Below, in pieces: positions 53,320 to 62,611 of a stretch of DNA of 64,000 nucleotides. The DNA is from Chitinivibrionales bacterium (GTDB taxonomy: Bacteria; Fibrobacterota; Chitinivibrionia; Chitinivibrionales; WJKA01): positions 8,755 through 72,754 of the forward strand of contig WJLZ01000080.1 of assembly GCA_014728215.1 (NCBI GenBank), written 5' to 3'. Below the pieces are notes generated by a model. The model saw only the letters and a list, made by a program, of their open reading frames with translations, was not told where the DNA came from and did no database searches. The position numbers and the translations under genes were made by a program. The number at the start of each line of letters is the position of its first letter. Position 1 is the stretch's first letter.

Positions 53320-55653
53320 ATGGAAGCCATGAAAAAAGATCAAACAGGAACTGTATTGTTGTGGTGTCTGGTGTGCTCTCTCGCCCTGGTAACAACGTGC
53401 GCATCACCCAAAGCTCCATACGAGCAGCACAGAAATGCTCAGATCGACACTGATAATTCGCTGATTTCACTTCCCGATTCTCTCGCTACCGAAAACTCTT
53501 ATCAATGCACGGTTGCAGTCATTCTTCCGGATCTTATCGATAGCTTTCTGGTGCGACGGATGTTTAATGACACGGGTACATCGTTACTTGCGGCGGGTGC
53601 CGTTGCCGACAATCAATTCGTGTTTCCTCTTTTGGTAAATCAGTCGGGAGAATACGAGCTTCAGGTAGTAATCATAAAGGGCGACGCCTCCCGTGATTCG
53701 ATTGTTTTTGAATTTTATGGGTACGGCAAGGATGTTGCCGGTTTTGATGAAAGCGGATTTTTGACTATCCTTTCGGATTCGATGCCGGTTTCCGAACAGA
53801 GCCGTGTATGCACGGCTGCGGTGTACTTTCCCGATTGTATCGACAGTTTTATTGTTCGGCGAATACACAACAATTTTTATGATACCCTCCTGGCCGAGGG
53901 GGCTGTAAATACCGAACATATACAATTTTCAACGGTATTGCCCTTGCCCGGAAAATACCGGTATACGGTTTACCTATCAAAGCAGATGGAAGAAGGTGAT
54001 TCAACCTGGGTCCAGTGGGACAGCCTCTCAAAAACAGTCACAGCCATTTCGGATAATTCACCGTCAATTATCTCTTTTTCCTTAACAAAAGATTCTCTGG
54101 CCATTTTTGAGGAATATGCGTGTACGCTTGCGGTATCCTCGCCCGAACTGGTCGACAGCTTTGAGGCGGTGCTGCTGTATAATGAAGCGCATGCCGTAAT
54201 CGCTCGGGGTAAAGTGTCGGATTCTCCGGTCACCTTTACGTTTCCTGTGGAATATGAGGGAGAATTTTTCCTGAAAGTCACAATTTATAACTACGACGGG
54301 ACCGAAAAGCAGCAGATACAAACTCATACCGGTTATCGTATGTCTCCAATTGTGGAACCGGAGTCGACTTTTTATACTGTAAACCTTACCGGAAGTGTTG
54401 ATGTCGCTTTTTTGGTATCCGATCCCGACGGCAATTTGTGGAGTTATACAACATGGATCGATTCGTCCGATTCTCTTGAGGGTCTCTTTTCTCTTGATAG
54501 AAGGGAAAGAGATACGGTGGTCCGGTCTGTTGACGGGAGCCGGATGGATACTTTTACGGTCCAGGCTGCAGTTATGGATGAAGACAGTCAGTGGAGTGAG
54601 ATTGCCCGGTGTACGGTGGCGGTAATCGATACGATTCCTCCGCAGCTTTCTTTTGTCGGTATCGAGCCTTCTGCAAACGATACGCTGATTGAGGAACTTC
54701 CCTGTAGCCTGTTGGTGAGGGTTATGGATGATTCCCCTGTTGATTCGGTGAAACTGGAGGACGAACGCATGATTCTGGAGGGTGATTCGGCATTTATTAA
54801 AATTTCTTCCCTCGATTCAGGCAGCTTCGATTATAAGGTATATGCCTGGGACCGGGCCGGGAACATCGAAAGCCTGTCGGTTCGGATTGAGTATGAAGGT
54901 GCGGTGACGTATCCACCACAAATCAATACGGCCCGCTTGCAAAATCAGACAATTACCGAAAACGGTACTTTCGATACTCTGTTTCTCGATTCCTGCGTTT
55001 CAATCGATCCGCTTTCCGGGTATAGTGTTGATGATCTTACCTGGTCGATTACCGAGCAGGATTCCACATCGGGAGTTGAACATCACATTGATTCCGTCCT
55101 GCGAAAAATCCGGTTTACGGTTGCCGATTCCGAATGGAATGAAAGTGAAGCAATCTTTTTCACGGTCACTTCACCCGCCCTGCTCTCGGACAACAAAGCG
55201 ATAACCTTTACCGTTGAGGGTATCAATGATGCTCCGGTTGTGAGGATCGATGATCAATCGGTGTATATCGATTCGGAGTTTGATTCAATTTATCTCGATT
55301 CTTCAACTTTTGACCCCGAAGATCTTCCATCTGAGCTTGAATGGAGCTACACGAAGGGCGATGTTTTTGAAGTCGACTCTGTTTTTGCATTGCAGTGTAT
55401 TCCTCAAAAAGGAGATTTTGGCGGATCCTGCTTGTATTTTAGTTACTTTACCGGCAAAATACGCATTGCCTACCGAACTGATACGAGTATCGATTCCACA
55501 ACCTGGACAGGGACCGATACCCTCTATTTCAGAGTCAGGGACAGCGAGGGCAAATGGTCGGTGAATACTCCTGTGACCTTCACGAAAACTAATTCGATAA
55601 TCTTCGATCCTGTTTATCCTGTGGGGCCGGTTTTTCCGAAGCTCAGGAAGTAA
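53320..55653 (+). CDS. Large putative lipoprotein with repeated Ig/cadherin-like domains
   Basis: Hydrophobic signal ending VTTC; three ~100-aa internal repeats; VSDPDGN, DTIPPQL, AWDRAGN and INDAPV motifs typical of Big/cadherin-like modules. Confidence 0.8.
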   Translation: MEAMKKDQTGTVLLWCLVCSLALVTTCASPKAPYEQHRNAQIDTDNSLISLPDSLATENSYQCTVAVILPDLIDSFLVRRMFNDTGTSLLAAGAVADNQFVFPLLVNQSGEYELQVVIIKGDASRDSIVFEFYGYGKDVAGFDESGFLTILSDSMPVSEQSRVCTAAVYFPDCIDSFIVRRIHNNFYDTLLAEGAVNTEHIQFSTVLPLPGKYRYTVYLSKQMEEGDSTWVQWDSLSKTVTAISDNSPSIISFSLTKDSLAIFEEYACTLAVSSPELVDSFEAVLLYNEAHAVIARGKVSDSPVTFTFPVEYEGEFFLKVTIYNYDGTEKQQIQTHTGYRMSPIVEPESTFYTVNLTGSVDVAFLVSDPDGNLWSYTTWIDSSDSLEGLFSLDRRERDTVVRSVDGSRMDTFTVQAAVMDEDSQWSEIARCTVAVIDTIPPQLSFVGIEPSANDTLIEELPCSLLVRVMDDSPVDSVKLEDERMILEGDSAFIKISSLDSGSFDYKVYAWDRAGNIESLSVRIEYEGAVTYPPQINTARLQNQTITENGTFDTLFLDSCVSIDPLSGYSVDDLTWSITEQDSTSGVEHHIDSVLRKIRFTVADSEWNESEAIFFTVTSPALLSDNKAITFTVEGINDAPVVRIDDQSVYIDSEFDSIYLDSSTFDPEDLPSELEWSYTKGDVFEVDSVFALQCIPQKGDFGGSCLYFSYFTGKIRIAYRTDTSIDSTTWTGTDTLYFRVRDSEGKWSVNTPVTFTKTNSIIFDPVYPVGPVFPKLRK

Positions 55654-55737
55654 GCGGTGAGTGAGGTTTTTTACCCCTTTTATAAAAGAGGGTGGTCCGG
55701 CTACACCGGCTATTATGTATTTTAAACATCCGTAATT

Positions 55738-56331
55738 ATGCTTGATTTCTTTCTCTATATCGACCGTACTCTTTTTCTTTTTTTCAACAGTACTATTGCC
55801 AATCCTGTTTTTGATGTCATTTTTCCGATTATTACCAATGAAGAATTCTGGATAATTCCGGCGATTGTTGCCGCAATTTTTTTCATTCGCTTTGAAAAAA
55901 AGAAGGCTCTTCTGGTTATCGGGGCCATGCTCATTGCGGTTGCGATATCCGATCCGGTATGCTGCAGGATTCTTAAGCCATTGTTCGATCGTCCCAGGCC
56001 ATGCCATCCCGAGGTGCTTCTTGAAGGAGGGCGTTTTTTGATGGGAAACAAGCGCTCACCATCGTTCCCCTCGGCCCATGCCATGAATATGTTTACCCAG
56101 GCAATGCTTCTTACAATGTTTTATCCTCGACGGTGGATCTGGTTTTTTCTTTTTGCCTCATTGATTGGTTTTTCGAGGATATATGTGGGCGTTCATTACC
56201 CTCTGGATGTTTTAGCAGGAGCTTTATTTGGGATTCTAACTGGATTTTTTGTATTTTCTGGCCTCACAATTATTAGTAACAAGATTCGTAGAATGCAGAT
56301 TGCTTCAGGAAAACTGAAAAACCCCGGGTGA
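55738..56331 (+). CDS. PAP2-family phosphatase (undecaprenyl-pyrophosphate phosphatase-like)
   Basis: KPLFDRPRP, SFPSAH, SRIYVGVHYPLD. Confidence 0.92.
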   Translation: MLDFFLYIDRTLFLFFNSTIANPVFDVIFPIITNEEFWIIPAIVAAIFFIRFEKKKALLVIGAMLIAVAISDPVCCRILKPLFDRPRPCHPEVLLEGGRFLMGNKRSPSFPSAHAMNMFTQAMLLTMFYPRRWIWFFLFASLIGFSRIYVGVHYPLDVLAGALFGILTGFFVFSGLTIISNKIRRMQIASGKLKNPG

Positions 56332-56345
56332 ATTAAAGAATAACC

Positions 56346-57239
56346 ATGCATAAAATTCTGATTGTCGATGACAGCAAAAATTTCTGTACCATGATGCAAG
56401 ACTTTTTCAAGTTGAAGTATAATGTCGCTGTTGCTCATAGCGGTGAAGAGGCCCTGGAACGGTGCAGAAATGAATCCTTTGATATGGTTATTTCCGATAT
56501 TAACATGCCCGGCATAAAAGGTCCCGAACTTCTGCAGCAGATCAAAGAAGCCTGGCCACAGATTCACACCATTTTAATAACCGCATACAGCATCGACAGC
56601 TACATTAATATTGCCAAAAAATTCAACATATCGAGTATCATGCCAAAAACGGTTCCATTTAATTTCACGGAACTCTTCACGATGGTTGATGGAATCCTGA
56701 CCGGAAATATATTCGGTTTATCCCGCTATCTTCTTTCAGGCGCAGAGATCAACTCCAGTACTATCAAATCTTCCCGCGAATCCCGTCAGATAAGAGAATC
56801 GATTGTCGATCTGCTTTCCCTCAGGTTTGAGAGGGCATCGGATATGAAATTGTTGCTGGATGAAGCAATTACTAATGCGATTTACCATGCCCCCCGATGT
56901 CCCGATGGATCGCAAAAATATAGAGAGTTCACCGAAGTTGAACTCGAGCCGCACGAATTTGTTGCAATAGAATACGGATTCGATTCCGAAAAATATGGTG
57001 TTTCAGTCAGTGATAACCTTGGGAAACTGAAAAAAGAGACGGTATTGGAAAGAATAGACCGTCATACGGCAGGAGAAGGAATTATGGATGATTCCGGAAG
57101 GGGTATTCATATGAGCCGGCTGTTTGCGGATCGTATGTTTATCAATATACAGCCTGATATAAAAACGGAAGTTATTCTTATCAACTATATTTCAAAAAAG
57201 TATAAAGGTTATAAGCCCTTATACGTAAATGAATTGTAG
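56346..57239 (+). CDS. Receiver domain fused to an RsbW-like HATPase_c domain
   Basis: ILIVDDS...VISDINMPG...ITAY receiver; C-terminal DEAITNAIYH, VSDNLG, SGRGI boxes; no HisKA His-box. Confidence 0.85.
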   Translation: MHKILIVDDSKNFCTMMQDFFKLKYNVAVAHSGEEALERCRNESFDMVISDINMPGIKGPELLQQIKEAWPQIHTILITAYSIDSYINIAKKFNISSIMPKTVPFNFTELFTMVDGILTGNIFGLSRYLLSGAEINSSTIKSSRESRQIRESIVDLLSLRFERASDMKLLLDEAITNAIYHAPRCPDGSQKYREFTEVELEPHEFVAIEYGFDSEKYGVSVSDNLGKLKKETVLERIDRHTAGEGIMDDSGRGIHMSRLFADRMFINIQPDIKTEVILINYISKKYKGYKPLYVNEL

Positions 57240-57285
57240 CCTCTTAAACGCTATCAAAGGAACTGCACGATGAAGGGAGGTGGCC

Positions 57286-58068
57286 ATGATCAACCGTTGT
57301 CGCGGTAAAAAGATCAAACTTGAAGGGTTCAATAACCTGACAAAATCATTGAGCTTTAATATATATGATATATGTTATGCCCGTTCCAAGGCGTCTCAGG
57401 AAGATTACATGAATTATATCGATGAAGCGTATAATTCCAAAAAGCTCCAGTCGATTGTCGAGGAAGTCTCCCGCATAATCCAGGCAAAAATTATCAATAT
57501 GTCTACCCAGGACTACGATCCCCTGGGCGCCAGCGTTACTGTTTTGATCAACGAAGAAGGATTAATTCCTTCCGGCGCCGGTTCCGCAACCGCCCATCTT
57601 GATAAAAGTCATATAGCGATTCACACCTATCCCGAAACCAATTCCTACACGGGAATTTCCACCTTCAGGGTTGATGTCGATGTTTCGACGTGTGGAATGA
57701 TTTCTCCTTTGCGCGCCCTCGATTTTCTTATTGACAGTTTTGAATCGGATATTGTTCTGATGGATTATAAAGTCCGCGGATTTACCCGTGATGTAAGGGG
57801 CAGAAAACTATATATCGATCATGATATCACCTCAATCCAGGAATATGTCTCCGATGAAATACTTTCCCGGTATATCGCCTATGATATTAATATTGTTTCG
57901 GATAATATTTTCCATACAAAGATGATGGCAAAACGATTCAAGCTTAATGATTACCTTTTCGGGCCGGACAGTGAAAATCTTTCATCTGCAACCAAGGCCA
58001 AGGTAAGAAAACTTCTCAAAAAAGAAATTCAGGAAATATTTGAGTGCCAGAATATTCACCAAGACTGA
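57286..58068 (+). CDS. speD: S-adenosylmethionine decarboxylase proenzyme, class 1A (E. coli type)
   Basis: GFNNLTKSLSFNIYDICYA, QDYDPLGASVT, HLDK/SHIAIHTYPE self-cleavage site, VSTCG, DYKVRGFTRD. ATG at 57286 follows GGGAGG. Confidence 0.96.
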   Translation: MINRCRGKKIKLEGFNNLTKSLSFNIYDICYARSKASQEDYMNYIDEAYNSKKLQSIVEEVSRIIQAKIINMSTQDYDPLGASVTVLINEEGLIPSGAGSATAHLDKSHIAIHTYPETNSYTGISTFRVDVDVSTCGMISPLRALDFLIDSFESDIVLMDYKVRGFTRDVRGRKLYIDHDITSIQEYVSDEILSRYIAYDINIVSDNIFHTKMMAKRFKLNDYLFGPDSENLSSATKAKVRKLLKKEIQEIFECQNIHQD

Positions 58069-58080
58069 AAGGTATGCGGT

Positions 58081-59004
58081 ATGACTCGGAAAAAAGATGA
58101 GAAAAGGGTATTTCATGAGCAGCTTAACGACAATTTCGGATTTTATTATACAATAAATGAGACCCTTTACCGTGGAAAGACCGCATTTCAGGATATTGAA
58201 CTTGTCGATACCCCCGAATTCGGTAAGGTACTGTTGCTGGATAATATTACGCAGGTTGCAGAGAAAAATGATTATCAATACCATGAACCGATGGTACATC
58301 CGGCGCTGTGTTGCCATCCCAAGCCGCAGGATATTCTCGTTATCGGTGGCGGTGACGGTGGTATACTTAAAGAGGTTTTAAAATATCCAACGGTACGGAA
58401 AATTCATTTTGCGGAACTGGATAGTGATGTAGTCAATTTTTCCAAAAAGTATCTCTCTTCAATGAACAAGAATTCCTTTGACCAGCCCCGGGTACGGATG
58501 AATTTCACCGACGGCCGTGCGTTTGTTGAAAAAAGGAATAAGGAATTTGATGGGGTCATTATGGATATGACTGATCCCTTCGGACCGTCAAAAATGCTCT
58601 ATACCAAAGAATTTTTCCAGGCGGTGAAACGATCGCTCAAGAATCCCCGGGGGGTTTTCGTTATGCATTCCGAGTCGCCGATAACCCGCCCGGTAGCATT
58701 TAATTGCATAAATAAAACATTAGGTAAAGTGTTTACTCATGTTAATATCGTATATATTTATATACAGATGTATGCTGTATTGTGGTCAATCGCTGTTTGT
58801 TCCGATGAAACCGATATTTCGAAGACAAAGGCAGCGGTAATAAACAGAAGGCTTGAGACGTATGGTATTACCAATAATAAGGTCTATACCGGAGCGACTC
58901 ATCATGCTATGCTGGCGGCCTATCCTTATATCGAAGATATACTTAAAACACGGGCGCCGATCATTACTGACAGCAAACCGGATTTCCCCGACAGTCATAT
59001 TTGA
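58081..59004 (+). CDS. speE: Polyamine aminopropyltransferase, copy 1 (DMTDP type)
   Basis: TAFQDI, FGKVLLLD, YHE, IGGGDGG, ELD, TDGRAF, DMTDP, LYTKEFF. Confidence 0.93.
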   Translation: MTRKKDEKRVFHEQLNDNFGFYYTINETLYRGKTAFQDIELVDTPEFGKVLLLDNITQVAEKNDYQYHEPMVHPALCCHPKPQDILVIGGGDGGILKEVLKYPTVRKIHFAELDSDVVNFSKKYLSSMNKNSFDQPRVRMNFTDGRAFVEKRNKEFDGVIMDMTDPFGPSKMLYTKEFFQAVKRSLKNPRGVFVMHSESPITRPVAFNCINKTLGKVFTHVNIVYIYIQMYAVLWSIAVCSDETDISKTKAAVINRRLETYGITNNKVYTGATHHAMLAAYPYIEDILKTRAPIITDSKPDFPDSHI

Positions 59005-59063
59005 TTCTGTTTCGGGGAGGTATCCGGCAGATTTTTCCTGCAAAAACGACGGTAACGGTACGT

Positions 59064-60164
59064 ATGGATTATAAGCAGCTTCGGGACCTCGCGTTACATC
59101 ATGAGACACCGGTACTCTTTTTGTCGAAAAACCGACTGAAAGCGAATTGTGATGCTCTTCATTCGGTGCTTCCGGGAGTCGATATTTATTATGCGGTAAA
59201 ATCAAATTCGATTCCCGAAATACTCACGGTGTTGGCAGAGGAGAATATGTTCTTTGATGTCTGTACCAGCGGTGAAATTGAAGATGTCCAAGCTGCCGGA
59301 ATTACCGGCGCGCGATGTCTTCATACGCATCCGGTAAAAACCGATCGTGAAATTAAAAATGCCCTGGATTTCGGGATTTCGCTGTTTGTGGCCGATAATG
59401 AGTATGAACTCAAAAAGCTGGTCCCTTATAAAGATACGCTGAAAGTGCTGATCCGATTGAGTATCCAGAATCCCGGATGTGTGGTAAACCTCTCTCATAA
59501 ATTCGGTGTTGAGCCGGAAGCGGCCTTTGATCTCATTAAAGCTGCTCATGAGAGGGGGCTGATGGTTGAAGGGATCTGTTTTCATGTTGGTTCCCAGAAC
59601 GAAAATTCGCTCAAATTCAATGAAGCCCTCGAATATTGCAGGGACATATGCCGCAAGGCGGCCTTAGCCGGTATTGTCCTTAAGATTATCGATATTGGAG
59701 GAGGGTTTCCCATCGATTATGTAACCAGTGCGGTTCCTCTGACAAAGTTCTGTCTCCCGGTTAACGAGTATCTGGAGCGATATTTTGCAGGATACCGGAT
59801 AATCGCCGAGCCCGGCCGGTATATCAGCGGTACGTCCATGACGCTTGCAACAAGCATTATCGGCAAGTCATTGCGTAACGGGGTGTGGTGGTATTATCTT
59901 GACGATGGTGTGTATGGTTCGTTTTCCGGGAAGATATACGACCATGCCGATTACCCCATGATTGTTCCCCGGGAAGGAGAACGGTTTAGCTCGACACTTG
60001 CAGGACCGACCTGTGATTCGATTGATGTTATCTACGAAAACATTCCGCTTCCGGAACTTGAAATCGGCGACATTCTGCTTTTCGAGTCGATGGGGGCATA
60101 TACAAATGCAAGCGCATCGAATTTTAACGGCTTTCCAAAAGCGAAAGTTGTCGTGATAGACTGA
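59064..60164 (+). CDS. Fold-type III PLP-dependent ornithine (or lysine) decarboxylase
   Basis: YYAVKSN (PLP Lys), SHKFG, FHVGSQ, DIGGGF, AEPGRY, GPTCDS, GAYT. ATG at 59064. Confidence 0.9.
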   Translation: MDYKQLRDLALHHETPVLFLSKNRLKANCDALHSVLPGVDIYYAVKSNSIPEILTVLAEENMFFDVCTSGEIEDVQAAGITGARCLHTHPVKTDREIKNALDFGISLFVADNEYELKKLVPYKDTLKVLIRLSIQNPGCVVNLSHKFGVEPEAAFDLIKAAHERGLMVEGICFHVGSQNENSLKFNEALEYCRDICRKAALAGIVLKIIDIGGGFPIDYVTSAVPLTKFCLPVNEYLERYFAGYRIIAEPGRYISGTSMTLATSIIGKSLRNGVWWYYLDDGVYGSFSGKIYDHADYPMIVPREGERFSSTLAGPTCDSIDVIYENIPLPELEIGDILLFESMGAYTNASASNFNGFPKAKVVVID

Positions 60165-60184
60165 AGAGGTAGAGAGAAATCTTT

Positions 60185-61060
60185 ATGAGTACTGAAATGA
60201 ACTATCAACAGTCGGAGGGAACATCGATCTGGCTGGAAAATCTTGTTGACGGTACCGCCGGATTGAGAATTAAAACCCGTCAGGCGGTATCCTGTTCCGC
60301 AAGTCCGTTCCAGAAAATCGAGGTATTCGATACCTATGCATTCGGCCGGATACTCGTTCTCGGCGGGGTTATTGTTCTTACCGAAAAGGATGAGGGTATT
60401 TATCACGAAATGATTACCCATCCGGCCATGCTTATGCATTCGTCACCGGAGAACGTATGTATTATCGGCGGCGGTGACGGTGGTTGTTTGCGGGAAGTCC
60501 TGAAACATGATTGTGTTAAAAAAGCGACGGTTGTTGAAATCGACGAGCAGGTAAAGGAGACGGTTGCACAGTATTTTCCAGGTTTGGCCGAGGGATTTTC
60601 CGACGCCAGGACCGAAATCATTGTTCGTGACGGGTTCGATTATTTAAACAATTCGGATGAGAAGTACGATATAATAATTGTCGATTCTTATGATCCCGGC
60701 GGACCGGTGCAATCGCTCGAGACTGCCTCATTCTTTGCGGTTGCCGCAGAACGGCTTAATAAAAAGGGTGTCGCGGTGTTTCAGACCGATTCTCCCGTAC
60801 GCCGCGGGGATTTTTTCAGACAGGCCGCCCGCAATATCGCATCATACTTTACGGTATCACAACCCTATCTTTGTATGGCGCCGTCATTCCCGGGAGGAAT
60901 ATGCAGTTTTGTTATTGGCGCCGGCGATAATGTTGCTGTTTCCGGATTCAATCGTGAACGATATAATGCACTTGCCGGTACATGTTGCTATTATAACGAA
61001 AAGGTGCATTCCGGAGCATTTTTACTTCCAGAAAATATAGCAAAGTTACTTGAGTTATAA
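60185..61060 (+). CDS. speE: Polyamine aminopropyltransferase, copy 2 (DSYDP type)
   Basis: SPFQKI, FGRIL, YHEMITH, IGGGDGG, VEID, DGFDY, VDSYDP. Confidence 0.92.
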   Translation: MSTEMNYQQSEGTSIWLENLVDGTAGLRIKTRQAVSCSASPFQKIEVFDTYAFGRILVLGGVIVLTEKDEGIYHEMITHPAMLMHSSPENVCIIGGGDGGCLREVLKHDCVKKATVVEIDEQVKETVAQYFPGLAEGFSDARTEIIVRDGFDYLNNSDEKYDIIIVDSYDPGGPVQSLETASFFAVAAERLNKKGVAVFQTDSPVRRGDFFRQAARNIASYFTVSQPYLCMAPSFPGGICSFVIGAGDNVAVSGFNRERYNALAGTCCYYNEKVHSGAFLLPENIAKLLEL

Positions 61061-61078
61061 ATTAGCGAGGACGAAATT

Positions 61079-62569
61079 ATGAATGAAAAGAAACACGATG
61101 ATTTTTTTGATGAAGGCAAAGAGAAGCAGAGTCCCCAGCAGGACCTGATGGATCTTATTGAGAAGCAAGACAGGAAATCCACGGCAAAAACTTTTTCAAA
61201 GGGTGACAAAGTCTCCGGTCCGGTGATCAAACTCGGAAGTGAATATGCATTTCTGGACATCGGCGCTAAAAATGATGCGGTCATGAAGGTGGATGAATTG
61301 AAAGACGAGAGTGGCGAAGTGCCGGTCAAGGAAGGAGATACGATTGAAGGATATATTATCTCCGACAGTGAGGGAGAGATTGTTGTCAGTCGTTCTCTTG
61401 CCGGTTATAGCGGCAGCATCGCGGATCTGAGAAATGCGATGAATTCAAGAATGCCGGTCCAGGGGAAGGTCACCGGCGTCAATAAAGGCGGCTTGAATGT
61501 TAAGATTATGGGAAAGCGTGCGTTCTGCCCTGTTTCCCGGATCGATGTCAAATATGTTGAGGACGTTAATTCCTATTTAGGAAAAACAATGTCTTTTGTT
61601 ATCACACAGATTACCGAAGGTGGCCGGAATATTGTTGTCTCGAGAATACCGCTTCTTGAACAGGACCTTGAAAAGGCGCTCGATAAACTCGCTGCCGATG
61701 CAGGAACCGGGACCGTCTATACCGGAACGATTACGCGCATAACAAAGTTCGGGCTCTTCGTAGATCTTGGTCCTGCTGAAGGGCTTGTTCATATTTCCGA
61801 AGTTTCGTGGGACCGGGCAGAGAAACTCGAGGAATCATTCGTTCCCGGACAGAAAATCGAATGTGTTATCCTGGGTGTTGAGAAAAAGAAACGGCTTCAG
61901 GATACGAAAATATCACTTTCAATCAAACAGGTGCAGGAAAATCCCTGGGAACAGGTTGCAAAAACATATTCTGTCGGTTCGCAGGTCCATGGAGAAGTCA
62001 CCCGCCTGACCGATTTTGGCGCCTTTGTAAAACTGACGCCCGGTATTGAGGGACTGGTGCATGTCTCGGAAATGGCGTGGGGTAAACGGGTGCGACATCC
62101 TAAAGATGTCCTTTCGGAGGGACAGCAGGTAAAAGTAACCGTTTTGAGGATTGATGAAAATAAGAGAGAGATATCCCTGACACTCAAGGATGTGGATTCA
62201 GATCCCTGGAAAAATATTACCGTCCAGTTTCCTGTGGGGAGTATTGCAAAGGGTACTGTTGCAAGCCGGACAAAATACGGATATTTCATCGATTTGACCG
62301 AAGAGATTACCGGCTTGTTGCCGAACAGTAATATCGGGGCGAATAAAAAAGGATCGATCAAGGTAGGCGATGAAATTGAGGTGCGTATCCAAAGCATCGA
62401 TCTGGAACGGCGGCGGATATCACTGTCCTATGGAATCGAACATACTGAAGAGAATGCCCAAGAAATGGAAAAATTTATGAAAGAGCAGAAGAAAAGGCCC
62501 GCGGCGTCTTCAAAATCCTCATCGGAATTCGGTGAAGCCCTGCGCGCAGCGCTGACAAAGAAAAAATAG
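61079..62569 (+). CDS. rpsA: Ribosomal protein S1-like protein with five S1 domains
   Basis: Repeated S1 motifs (FGLFVDL...EGLVHISE; FGAFVKL...EGLVHVSE; YGYFIDL) and RRISLS. Confidence 0.8.
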   Translation: MNEKKHDDFFDEGKEKQSPQQDLMDLIEKQDRKSTAKTFSKGDKVSGPVIKLGSEYAFLDIGAKNDAVMKVDELKDESGEVPVKEGDTIEGYIISDSEGEIVVSRSLAGYSGSIADLRNAMNSRMPVQGKVTGVNKGGLNVKIMGKRAFCPVSRIDVKYVEDVNSYLGKTMSFVITQITEGGRNIVVSRIPLLEQDLEKALDKLAADAGTGTVYTGTITRITKFGLFVDLGPAEGLVHISEVSWDRAEKLEESFVPGQKIECVILGVEKKKRLQDTKISLSIKQVQENPWEQVAKTYSVGSQVHGEVTRLTDFGAFVKLTPGIEGLVHVSEMAWGKRVRHPKDVLSEGQQVKVTVLRIDENKREISLTLKDVDSDPWKNITVQFPVGSIAKGTVASRTKYGYFIDLTEEITGLLPNSNIGANKKGSIKVGDEIEVRIQSIDLERRRISLSYGIEHTEENAQEMEKFMKEQKKRPAASSKSSSEFGEALRAALTKKK

Positions 62570-62611
62570 CAAGACCCGGGGCAAAAATTCCTGAAAAGAA
62601 AGGCAAAAACG

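Noticed and set aside
55673-55693. Hairpin ACCCCTTT-TATA-AAAGAGGGT as an intrinsic terminator
   Set aside because: No U-tract follows on the coding strand, so I cannot support a terminator call.
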